Of a DNA stretch of 24,000 nucleotides, positions 9,801-16,459 are shown one piece after another. Each line of letters begins with the position of its first letter. Position 1 is the first letter of the stretch. Location: positions 12,340 to 36,339 of the forward strand of contig CAZCCD010000006.1 of the NCBI GenBank assembly GCA_964497435.1, given 5' to 3'. This DNA is from Candidatus Woesearchaeota archaeon (GTDB lineage Archaea > Nanobdellota > Nanobdellia > Pacearchaeales > GW2011-AR1). Position numbers and translations under genes: made by a program. The notes under the pieces were generated by a model. It was given only the letters and a program-made list of their open reading frames with translations, was not told where the DNA came from and searched no databases.

Positions 9801-9872
9801 AAATGTTCTTTGCCATTAAGAATGATTGAGCAATGCGAGCAATGTGTTTGTGGATATTCTAAATGTAATTAA
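6849..9872 (+). CDS. nrdJ: Ribonucleoside-diphosphate reductase large/catalytic subunit, probably class II adenosylcobalamin-dependent
   Basis: 1007 aa. Motifs FACFVLPLYDSRESIF, GGTGFNYELRP, NPCGEKPLLPHEACVLGHVNL, LAPTGTTGFVAQTTGGMEPEYALAYTRT, and C-terminal CPKCSLPLRMIEQCEQCVCGYSKCN. No adjacent small (NrdB-type) subunit. Confidence 0.88.
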   Translation: MSNEGREAYGARNRQLLERIGPLIEDFEATVNRDGKEERIKLYDPSTVIHRLSAHPDYVVERTLGTLNDEVLSGDPNKANYSKIVLDKWGRKDPVTKRYSETPEMVFYRAALSVAEGLVKNDPSLDFEQTTRNIFEKFFNKEIYPNTPYMANGGHKRISRKIEEALTSYGGQIPKTITNDLEQERKIKEQLFACFVLPLYDSRESIFKTLIDAANIQASVGGTGFNYELRPANEIVHGTGGTTDGPVSFMRMFSEVLGRTMNQGGKREGANMFMLDWNHPDIMRFIYSKRQDGEISAANISIAVDHEFIEAAKSDGDKKFYRLKNVHHHPELRPHISPFYTADQLKQSIEVTKINRKAVASLLLGENGVDVLSPWLPEGLDEEYKVIGKIGEDGYVYLDAKKVIRHLAFGAWFNGEPGVIFTGHINDHNPTHPRHYEEYLLEQKDQEAQSIVNTLRSRNPNASLEDLVHKYVWEMGEDGRLKNLPVGVGVIRATNPCGEKPLLPHEACVLGHVNLEKILVTDSVSQSGYRVDYDKFAADTRLMYEILDNAIDQNEFTTPEIEVTQKSNRKVGLGFMGLANMLYRLEIPYNSEEGRKFVDELLTFWERESDKSSFEKADKFGAFPNFKYSHHKNGRQKRNAIVRTLAPTGTTGFVAQTTGGMEPEYALAYTRTTMQGTSIDMFNPVLEEKLDKYSFFFGADTRESLHEFIMGNKGISTTGGSLQEFNITRQKGESVDSFRARQQNLNKIKKIFVTAYDILPEDHLTMEAIVQRHVDDAISKTTNFRHNASVEEVEGAFLLAHELGIKGVTFYRDGTRKDQPLKVKGQKYSNETSNGNLADLVLTYINRPRPEIVSGPEIKIRTPYDYNAFVRVGWERNEQGKPISTYEAFVNLGKTGEDLPAIAEGYGRLISLALKAGVPAHIVSNELVGIGGATQKGFGEERVMSLPDAIGQAIDKAIEQESRLSGMYNGNEKKDVTKSGNLCPKCSLPLRMIEQCEQCVCGYSKCN

Positions 9873-9967
9873 AACTTTTTTAGAGATAGGAGTTTGATCA
9901 TAATGACTAGGGGGAAGTATTGCTTGTAAGATAAGAATCTTTTTAAAATAAATAAAGTAGTAATCAA

Positions 9968-9976
9968 TATATAAAA
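9968..9976 (+). promoter_or_regulatory. TATA box upstream of the long DCD-family gene
   Basis: TATATAAAA centred about 20-22 nt upstream of the ATG at 9992. Confidence 0.5.
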
Positions 9977-9991
9977 GACTGGACTAATTAA

Positions 9992-11107
9992 ATGACTGGT
10001 AAAATTTTGTCAGATAGGCTGATAAGAGAATTAATCAGAAATGGGTCAGTATTAAATGCTAATCCAAAAAACGTCAATCCCAGCAGCCTTGATTTAAGGT
10101 TAAGCAATGAAAAGTGGAAAACAATGGGAAGTTTCTTGCCATTAGTAGGCCAGAAAATCAGAGAATCATTAGGCTCCCATCATATTGTTGATACAGAAAA
10201 TTGTAAGAGAGAGGAGTTTTATATGGAGAGAGATCAACCTTATGTTATTCGTCTTGTTGAATCACTAAATTTACCAAAAGGAATAACTGCCAGAGTGTTT
10301 AATAAATCAGGATGCGGGAGGGTTGGAATTTCTGTTAAAGGTTTAGTTGATGGAGTGCCAAGATTTAGTTATGTCCCAAGTGGATATGTTGGTGAGATTT
10401 ATACTGAAGTCTGTTCAACAACGTTTCAGTGTGTGTTCAAGCCAGGGGAAACATCTGCCCCTCAAATAAGATTTTATGACGGAGAGCCGGGGTCTGTTTC
10501 TGGAGCATATCTTTCATTATTACTGCAACAGCATCCAATTCTTGTTAATGATCAAGGAGAAAGATCTTATAGCGATGCTGATTTGGAAGAAATCATTTCT
10601 ACAGGAAAGATGATATTTACAATCGACTTATCAAGCAGAACTCTTGCTTATACTTCACGCAGGACCAGCAGGACATTTAATCTATCAAAAAGAGATTATT
10701 ATGACCCTAATGATTTTTTCTCTGAAGAAGTTTCAAGAGGTGAAAAAAGCATAGTGATAAACCCCGGAGATTTTGCAATTGTTAAATCTCAGCAAAACAT
10801 AAGGCTTCCACCGAATTATGCTGCAGAAATAGCTCCTTATTCAGCAGATATTGGAGACATAAAGACAAGCTATGCTGATTTAGTAAATGCAGGACATGGA
10901 TTTGATGAAAACGACCCTAATGTAAAAGGCCATATTTTCTTTGAGGTCAGGGCAAGAGATACTCCTATTGTACTGCAGGACGGGCAACCTCTTGCTAAAT
11001 TTGAGTTATATGAAATGTTAGAAGAGCCTAGACAGAGATATATGCATACAAGAACATCAAACTTTAATAACTTAAGTTCATTTTTACCTAAACAATTTAA
11101 AAAATGA
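9992..11107 (+). CDS. Two-domain 2'-deoxycytidine 5'-triphosphate deaminase family protein (DCD, PF06559-like)
   Basis: 371 aa. ILSDRLIRELIRNGSVLNANPKNVNPSSLDLRLSNEKW in the N-terminal half. Second-half motif GHGFDENDPNVKGHIFFEVRARDTPIVLQDGQPLAKFELYEML. Confidence 0.8.
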   Translation: MTGKILSDRLIRELIRNGSVLNANPKNVNPSSLDLRLSNEKWKTMGSFLPLVGQKIRESLGSHHIVDTENCKREEFYMERDQPYVIRLVESLNLPKGITARVFNKSGCGRVGISVKGLVDGVPRFSYVPSGYVGEIYTEVCSTTFQCVFKPGETSAPQIRFYDGEPGSVSGAYLSLLLQQHPILVNDQGERSYSDADLEEIISTGKMIFTIDLSSRTLAYTSRRTSRTFNLSKRDYYDPNDFFSEEVSRGEKSIVINPGDFAIVKSQQNIRLPPNYAAEIAPYSADIGDIKTSYADLVNAGHGFDENDPNVKGHIFFEVRARDTPIVLQDGQPLAKFELYEMLEEPRQRYMHTRTSNFNNLSSFLPKQFKK

Positions 11108-11685
11108 AAATTTCAGCTGTAAGAATTTTAGAGTTGAATCCAAAATATGGGTTTATTAAAGGCCTTAGCGAAAGAGAGATGAACAACCCAGAAGGGAGTG
11201 GATTTGACTTAAGAGTTGGAAGAGTTGAGAGAATCATAGGACCAAGTTTTTTAGGGGTTGAGAAAAGGACATCTGCTGAGACAGAACTTATTGGAGATTT
11301 TAAAGATGATGGCAGGAAATTGATAACCTTACCTCCAGGACAATCTTATCTTGTAAGTACAATTGAAACAGTCTATGCCCCAGATGAAAAAATAAAATAT
11401 GATGAGTTTTTCCCAGAAGCATATATTGAAGTAAAAATCTGTGCAAGGACTTCATTACCAAGAGGAGTTGTTGCATTGCTTCATGGAAGAGTAAATCCAG
11501 GATATAGAGGCCAATTAACATTTGGAATTGCAAATACTGGCGAATACGATTTTAATTTTGAACTTGGTGCCAGGATGTTTGATATTCAGTTTGAGCCTAT
11601 TATCGGAGAAATCAAAAGAGCTTACTCTGGACAACATCAAGGTGGCAGAACAACCAGCCAAGGAAAAGTAGAAATGCAAAATTAG
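11104..11685 (+). CDS. dCTP deaminase/dUTPase-superfamily protein
   Basis: 193 aa. GSGFDLRVGRVERI, ARTSLPRGVVALLHGRVNPGYRGQLTFGIANTGEYDFNFELGARMFDIQFEPI. ATGA overlap with the preceding DCD-family gene. Confidence 0.75.
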   Translation: MKISAVRILELNPKYGFIKGLSEREMNNPEGSGFDLRVGRVERIIGPSFLGVEKRTSAETELIGDFKDDGRKLITLPPGQSYLVSTIETVYAPDEKIKYDEFFPEAYIEVKICARTSLPRGVVALLHGRVNPGYRGQLTFGIANTGEYDFNFELGARMFDIQFEPIIGEIKRAYSGQHQGGRTTSQGKVEMQN

Positions 11686-11700
11686 TTTTCTATCACAATT

Positions 11701-11710
11701 ATATTTATAA
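11701..11710 (+). promoter_or_regulatory. Putative TATA box upstream of thyA
   Basis: ATATTTATAA centred about 34 nt upstream of the ATG at 11740. Confidence 0.35.
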
Positions 11711-11739
11711 GAAAGCAAGAGAACGTCTTATAATATAAA

Positions 11740-12870
11740 ATGGTTCAGCAATATCTAGAGCATTCAAAAGAGATTCTGTCTTCTAAACCTTCAAAGTTTA
11801 AATTTAATGAGAGAAGGGGGCTGGGAAGAATTTATCGTTTCGGATACCAAAATAGATATGACTTAAGTGAAGGATTTCCTTTATTGACAACGAAAAAAAT
11901 GCATTTTAAATTAATTGCCCATGAATTAATCTGGTTTTTAAGCGGTGAAACAAACATAAAATATCTTACTGATAACAACGTGCATATATGGGATGATGAT
12001 GCTTTTAATTATAATCTGAGAGGAATGGTAGAAGAAGGGATATTTCCATCAGCATTTGATAAGTATTCAGAATCTTGGTTTGCTGCAAAAAAAGATTACA
12101 TTCAAAGAGTAAAAGAAGATGAAGAGTTTGCCTCTAGATGGGGAGATTTGGGGCCTGTTTATGGTTCTCAATGGATTCACTGGCCAAAGTTTGTTCCTGT
12201 TAGCGTTGAAATTTATGGAGAAAAAAGAGAATATTATATCAAAGATCCAAAAGGAATAGACCAAATTGCTTCTGTAATTGAAAGTATGAAAAAAGATATT
12301 ACTTCTGCAAGACACATGGTTACAGCGTGGAATCCAAACGAAGTTGGAAGTATGGCTCTTCCTCCATGTCATACTCTTTTTCAGCTTAATTCTAACGAAA
12401 AACAATTAGACCTTCAACTTTATCAAAGGGCATGTGACATGTTTTTGGGAGTTCCATTTAACATTGCCAGCTATTCTTTACTTACAATGATTTTTGCAAG
12501 AGAATTTGGATTAAAACCAGGAGATTTTGTACACACGTTTGGAGATGTTCACTTTTATACTGGTGCAGGTGAAAGAGCTAAATGGTACAGAGACAATTTT
12601 GCAGAATTAAAACAAGCTGTTGGTAAATCGTTTAACCCAAATGATTTTGGTATCTTACTAAATTGGATAAATAGTTCAGTTCCTCTAGAAGACAAAGGAA
12701 AAGAAGGAATGGATCACGTTACAGGAATTTTAGAACAGCTTACAAGAACTCCAAGAGAGATGCCAAGAGTAAAAATTGCCGACAAACCTTACAATAAATT
12801 GACAATAGATGATTTTGTTCTTGAAGGATATGATCCCCACCCACATATAAAAAGAGCACTAGCAGTTTAA
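11740..12870 (+). CDS. thyA: Thymidylate synthase, ThyA type
   Basis: 376 aa. RFGYQNRYDLSEGFPLLTTKKMHFKLIAHELIWFLSG, LGPVYGSQW, ALPPCHTLFQL (catalytic Cys), LYQRACDMFLGVPFNIASY, GDVHFY. Confidence 0.96.
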   Translation: MVQQYLEHSKEILSSKPSKFKFNERRGLGRIYRFGYQNRYDLSEGFPLLTTKKMHFKLIAHELIWFLSGETNIKYLTDNNVHIWDDDAFNYNLRGMVEEGIFPSAFDKYSESWFAAKKDYIQRVKEDEEFASRWGDLGPVYGSQWIHWPKFVPVSVEIYGEKREYYIKDPKGIDQIASVIESMKKDITSARHMVTAWNPNEVGSMALPPCHTLFQLNSNEKQLDLQLYQRACDMFLGVPFNIASYSLLTMIFAREFGLKPGDFVHTFGDVHFYTGAGERAKWYRDNFAELKQAVGKSFNPNDFGILLNWINSSVPLEDKGKEGMDHVTGILEQLTRTPREMPRVKIADKPYNKLTIDDFVLEGYDPHPHIKRALAV

Positions 12871-12871
12871 A

Positions 12872-13435
12872 ATGGAATACAAAGGTTTATTTTTAATTGT
12901 AGCAATTTCCGACAACAATGTGATTGGATTAAATGGAAAAATTCCTTGGAGAGAAACTCCAGAAGATAGAAAGAGATTTAAAAAAGACATGGAAAGATTT
13001 AGAGATCTTACTACAGGCCATCCAGTCATAATGGGAAGAAAAACCTATCAATCTCTGCCTCTCCAGACAAAAAATCCAAATCTTCCAAAAACTTCTAGAG
13101 CCTTGCCAAACAGATCAAATATTGTTGTGACTCATGACAGTAATTTTAATCCTACAGGAGTGCATGTCAGACATTCTATTGAAGATGCCTTAAATCTTGC
13201 AAGAGAAATTGACAACAAAGCCTATTATGTTATTGGAGGAGCAGAAATTTACAGACAAATTTTGCCTTATGCGAGCATGATTGAATTGACAAGGATACAT
13301 CAAATAATTCCAGGTGATACTATGTTTCCAGATGTTAATTGGGATGATTGGAAAAGAATTTACAGGGAAAAGCATGAAGATGAAGGTTTTACATTTGAAA
13401 CTTATAGGAGGAAAATAAGAGAGCAAGATGGATAA
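12872..13435 (+). CDS. folA: Dihydrofolate reductase
   Basis: 187 aa. LIVAISDNNVIGLNGKIPWRETPEDRKRFKKDM, HPVIMGRKTYQSLP, AYYVIGGAEIYRQILPYASMIELTRI. 1-nt gap after thyA. Confidence 0.94.
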   Translation: MEYKGLFLIVAISDNNVIGLNGKIPWRETPEDRKRFKKDMERFRDLTTGHPVIMGRKTYQSLPLQTKNPNLPKTSRALPNRSNIVVTHDSNFNPTGVHVRHSIEDALNLAREIDNKAYYVIGGAEIYRQILPYASMIELTRIHQIIPGDTMFPDVNWDDWKRIYREKHEDEGFTFETYRRKIREQDG

Positions 13436-13502
13436 TCTTTCTAGTTAAACAAAATAATTTTCAATAAAATTTAAAAACTCTGATTTAGCTATAATATAAA
13501 AC

Positions 13503-13841
13503 ATGGAGAGAACAATTATGAAAAACGAGAGAGTTCATGAATTGACTAATGGCGAATTTGTAGAGTTCACAAAAAATGGAACTGTTTTAATTGACTTTTT
13601 CGCAGAGTGGTGCATGCCTTGCGTAATGATGGAGCCAATAATTGAGGATCTTTCAGATAAATTTAAAGGAAAAATAAAATTCGGAAGAGTGAATGTCGAG
13701 GATAATCATGAACTTTCAAATAAATTTAATATAAGATCAATACCTAATTTTGTTCTTTTTAAAGACGGAAAAGTTCTACATCAATTTATAGGTTCTATGC
13801 CAGAAGAAGATTTTGAGGAAAGGCTGAGAAAGTTTATTTGA
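13503..13841 (+). CDS. Thioredoxin; the start could instead be the in-frame ATG at 13518
   Basis: VLIDFFAEWCMPCVMMEPIIEDLSDKF...NIRSIPNFVLFKDGKVLHQFIG carries the thioredoxin WCxxC and cis-Pro motifs. Confidence 0.9.
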   Translation: MERTIMKNERVHELTNGEFVEFTKNGTVLIDFFAEWCMPCVMMEPIIEDLSDKFKGKIKFGRVNVEDNHELSNKFNIRSIPNFVLFKDGKVLHQFIGSMPEEDFEERLRKFI

Positions 13842-13854
13842 TTCTATTAAAAAA

Positions 13855-14034
13855 TGGCCCCGATGGGATTTGAACCCACGACACCTGGATTTCTTTTTTG
13901 ACTTCTCCTTCTTGCGATTTCATCGGAGGCAATTTGAAAATCGCCTTTCTGTGCCTAAAGGAGATGGTCCAAGGAAGAACCCCGGTTCTTCTTGATTAAA
14001 AGTCCAGTGCTCTACCAGACTGAGCTACGGAGCC
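13855..14034 (-). tRNA. tRNA-Lys (anticodon UUU) interrupted by an intron
   Basis: Minus strand 5' exon GGCTCCG-TA-GCTC-AGTCTGGTA-GAGC-A-CTGGA-CTTTTA. 3' exon A-TCCAG-GTGTC-GTGGG-TTCAAAT-CCCAT-CGGGGCC-A. Acceptor (7 bp), D, anticodon and T stems all pair. CCA is not encoded. Confidence 0.92.
13891..13996 (-). other. 106-nt tRNA-Lys intron at the canonical 37/38 position
   Basis: Removing 13891-13996 restores a full cloverleaf. A relaxed bulge-helix-bulge is possible: CTTT (32-35) pairs with AAAG, with TAA and AAA bulges at the splice points. Confidence 0.8.
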
Positions 14035-14163
14035 TCACTTCATTCGGTTCCTCGCTACAATGTCGTCCAAGCGTGGCCGCCATAGAGCAACAGAGCCTTA
14101 AATAGATGATAAAAAATTAGTTTATAAAAGTTATTAAATTATTTTTAATAGAGATTACAACAA

Positions 14164-14173
14164 TCTTTAAAAA
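14164..14173 (+). promoter_or_regulatory. TATA-like box upstream of the thioesterase gene
   Basis: TCTTTAAAAA centred about 26 nt upstream of the ATG at 14195. Confidence 0.45.
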
Positions 14174-14194
14174 TAATCTTTTTTTTAAGCATGA

Positions 14195-14578
14195 ATGTAT
14201 TGGGAATCAAGAATAAGACTTGAAGTAGCTGATGAAGATACTGATAATTATGGCCATTTAAATAATGCGGCTTTTCCAATATATTTTGAAAGAGGAAGAG
14301 ATGATTTAAACCTTAAACATAAATTGCATGCAAAAAATCTTTTTCCAGAAGGACTCGGTTTCTTAGTAAAGAGGGCTTCCTATGAATATAATAAATTAGT
14401 TACTCCTGACAGCGAGGTTGAAATAAGATCAAGATTTATGGGTAATATTGGAGCAAGAGTTATTGTAGAACAAGAGATGTGGCAAGATGGCAAGGTTGTA
14501 GCCAGATGTAATGCAGAATATTTTTTCACAGATATTGTAAAAGGCAAACCAATAAGACCATTAATAAAAAATGATTGA
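14195..14578 (+). CDS. Acyl-CoA thioesterase / 4HBT hotdog-fold protein
   Basis: 127 aa. VADEDTDNYGHLNNAAFPIYFERGRDD...VTPDSEVEIRSRFMGNIGARVIVEQEMWQDGKVVARCNAEYFFTD is a typical hotdog thioesterase pattern. Confidence 0.85.
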   Translation: MYWESRIRLEVADEDTDNYGHLNNAAFPIYFERGRDDLNLKHKLHAKNLFPEGLGFLVKRASYEYNKLVTPDSEVEIRSRFMGNIGARVIVEQEMWQDGKVVARCNAEYFFTDIVKGKPIRPLIKND

Positions 14579-14771
14579 AAAAATAATATCTAAGATTTAT
14601 CCTACCAAAATTCACATGAGAGTAAGAAAAGGCGATAGTTTTTTAGAATTCTCTGAAGTTTCATTTAAATATTATACCTGGAAAGGAATTTACAAAAGGG
14701 TTAATGAAATGTATATACTCCTTACAGAGTATTACAATAATGTTCATGTTCGGGTTTTAGATAGAGAATAA
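14571..14771 (+). CDS. Small hypothetical protein (66 aa)
   Basis: Overlaps the end of the thioesterase gene by 8 nt. Complete ORF; no family recognised. Confidence 0.4.
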   Translation: MIEKIISKIYPTKIHMRVRKGDSFLEFSEVSFKYYTWKGIYKRVNEMYILLTEYYNNVHVRVLDRE

Positions 14772-14790
14772 GAAATATTTATCTTGAACT

Positions 14791-14964
14791 TTAATCTAGG
14801 TTTAAAAGCCTCTGTAAAAGTGTTTTTCTTCTATAGGGAATGGGCACATCACTTCCAATAGGGATTCCCGCCATTCTTCTACTAGCCTGATAAGCTAACT
14901 TTTCTGCTAGTTCAATATAAGCTTTACCTGCTCCTTTTTCCCTATATTCATCTGCCATTTTCAT
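14791..14964 (-). CDS. Small hypothetical protein (57 aa), absent from the supplied ORF track
   Basis: Minus-strand reading MKMADEYREKGAGKAYIELAEKLAYQASRRMAGIPIGSDVPIPYRRKTLLQRLLNLD*. Starts 9 nt after the stop of the 14974-15486 ORF, consistent with an operon. Confidence 0.5.
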   Translation of the reverse strand: MKMADEYREKGAGKAYIELAEKLAYQASRRMAGIPIGSDVPIPYRRKTLLQRLLNLD

Positions 14965-14973
14965 AAAAAAGAT

Positions 14974-15486
14974 TTAATGAGTTGATTGATCTAGAGATAT
15001 GGCTGGATTAAAAAACCTCTCACCAAAAGGATCTTGAAAATCTGAAGAAAAAACTCCCTGATCAACAGTATCATGAATATAAACAAAGGGTCTAGAAGCA
15101 AAAGTTTGTCTGACATTTTTTGGTTTAGGTTCATTGTCTCCAAACATCATATAAGCAAGATCTCTTCCCATACTAATTCCAGTTACATCATTGATAATTC
15201 TAATAATGCTATAATCTGTTGCTCCTTGCATCACTTCTATTTCACTCTTTGAATAACCATCCATCAATTGGTTTGTAGTAATACCAAAACTTCCAACGCC
15301 AACAACACCGGAAATAAGAACATGACTAGTGAAATGTCTTGCCTTTCTTTTTGCAAATTCTAAAAATCTTGAAAATTCTCTAGGATCTGTTCCTCTATTA
15401 GGATCTGGAGAACTAGGAGCATAATAAGTAGCATCATTCAAATCTTCACTTATTTCCTCAACTCTTAATCTGTATTGTCTGGACAT
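14974..15486 (-). CDS. Hypothetical protein (170 aa) with a possible short hydrophobic segment
   Basis: Complete ORF. Hydrophobic stretch HVLISGVVGVGSFGI. TATA-like box at 15510-15516, about 27 nt upstream of the ATG. Confidence 0.6.
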   Translation of the reverse strand: MSRQYRLRVEEISEDLNDATYYAPSSPDPNRGTDPREFSRFLEFAKRKARHFTSHVLISGVVGVGSFGITTNQLMDGYSKSEIEVMQGATDYSIIRIINDVTGISMGRDLAYMMFGDNEPKPKNVRQTFASRPFVYIHDTVDQGVFSSDFQDPFGERFFNPAISLDQSTH

Positions 15487-15550
15487 TTTATATTAATAGA
15501 AGTCATAGTATTTAAAGATAATTGTAAAAGATTATACAAAAAACAAAGTT

Positions 15551-15748
15551 TTAATGTTCTATTATTTTGTCTTTTAATTTTTCACGAAAACGAGAAGCTT
15601 TTAGCACTTCAACACCAATAATCTTTCCATTTTTGTCTAACTCAATATTAATTCCTGGAACTATTTCTTCAAAGCTTTCTTCTTCTCCCTCCTCAAAGTA
15701 GATAAAAAGGGAATCTGATTCAACATCATAGTTATATTTTTTATTCAT
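15551..15748 (-). CDS. DUF2283-like protein
   Basis: YNYDVESDSLFIYFEEGEEESFEEIVPGINIELDKNGKIIGVEVLKASRF follows the DUF2283 pattern Y(D)xexD.LyI.f...D.d..GkivGiEil.AS. Confidence 0.75.
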   Translation of the reverse strand: MNKKYNYDVESDSLFIYFEEGEEESFEEIVPGINIELDKNGKIIGVEVLKASRFREKLKDKIIEH

Positions 15749-16028
15749 GTTTTATCCATCTCCCGCTTAAAGTTCTATTTATTATTTTCTCGTCGCTTAT
15801 AGGATGTATAGTTATAATTTCTATTTTGTTTTCTTTTATCTCATAAGCAATCATCATATTTCTTACTTTTTGGTTATATTTAAGCTTTTTTATTGCTATC
15901 CATGATCTTTCTACATTATCAAAAAATTTCTGCTCATAATTTTCATAGATTATTTTAGGGTATTTTTTAGGAACTTTTCTTATTTTTAATCTCAAATTAA
16001 GGTGATCTGAATAATATATTTCCTTCAT
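15741..16028 (-). CDS. DUF4258-like / RelE-like small protein, candidate toxin
   Basis: 95 aa. YYSDHLNLRLKIRKVPKKYPKIIYEN...IAIKKLKYNQKVRNMMIAYEIKENKIEIITIHPISDEKIINRTLSGRWIKHE. Overlaps the DUF2283-like gene by 8 nt. Confidence 0.5.
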   Translation of the reverse strand: MKEIYYSDHLNLRLKIRKVPKKYPKIIYENYEQKFFDNVERSWIAIKKLKYNQKVRNMMIAYEIKENKIEIITIHPISDEKIINRTLSGRWIKHE

Positions 16029-16047
16029 TGCAAAAATAAGGAAATAG

Positions 16048-16057
16048 AATATATAAG
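16048..16057 (-). promoter_or_regulatory. TATA box for the DUF4258-like/DUF2283-like pair
   Basis: CTTATATATT on the minus strand, centred about 24 nt upstream of the ATG at 16028. Confidence 0.5.
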
Positions 16058-16249
16058 TCTTTATAGCATTGTTTGAATAGAAATTTGTCTTTCTTTATGT
16101 TATTAAGATAGGTTCATCATTTTTTATAAAAATCGCTGTTTTTTCAAAAGAACTTTTTTAACAGAAAGATTTTTAAACCAACTTTTTGTTTCTTTTATTA
16201 TCCTATAGTTGTTAAAGTTACTTGTAAATAGCTCTCAAAACCCTCTAAC

Positions 16250-16459
16250 ATGACTCACATTTTGCAACCAAAACACACAAAACTTTCTGAAAAAGAAACT
16301 GAAGAAGTGCTCAAGAAATTTAATGTTTCTAAAGCACAATTGCCAAAAATACTTTCTAATGATGCTACTCTGCCTCAAAATTGCAATACAGGAGACATAA
16401 TCAAAATTGAGAGAAAATCCGGAGAAAATATTGTTTTTTATTACAGGGTTGTTGTGTGA
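16250..16459 (+). CDS. rpoH: DNA-directed RNA polymerase subunit H (RPB5-like)
   Basis: 69 aa. HILQPKHTKLSEKETEEVLKKFNVSKAQLPKILSNDATLPQNCNTGDIIKIERKSGENIVFYYRVVV, located upstream of rpoB. Confidence 0.93.
   Translation: MTHILQPKHTKLSEKETEEVLKKFNVSKAQLPKILSNDATLPQNCNTGDIIKIERKSGENIVFYYRVVV

Noticed and set aside
6849-9872. Intein in the 1007-aa RNR, a common site for inteins
   Set aside because: Conserved RNR motifs run continuously, with no intein splicing or LAGLIDADG blocks seen. The extra length looks like N-terminal and C-terminal extensions.
9992-11685. DCD-family pair considered as an antiphage nucleotide-depletion system
   Set aside because: Tightly embedded in an nrdR/RNR/thyA/folA housekeeping cluster with no defence-associated neighbours.
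11300-13426. Minus-strand ORFs opposite the DCD-like, thyA and folA genes (11300-11533, 11515-11718, 12067-12405, 13190-13426)
   Set aside because: Shadow ORFs of well-supported genes.
13891-13996. tRNA intron considered as a C/D box guide RNA or homing-endonuclease intron
   Set aside because: No CUGA D box found. CGATGAAA only partly resembles a C box, and the intron is far too short to encode a homing endonuclease.
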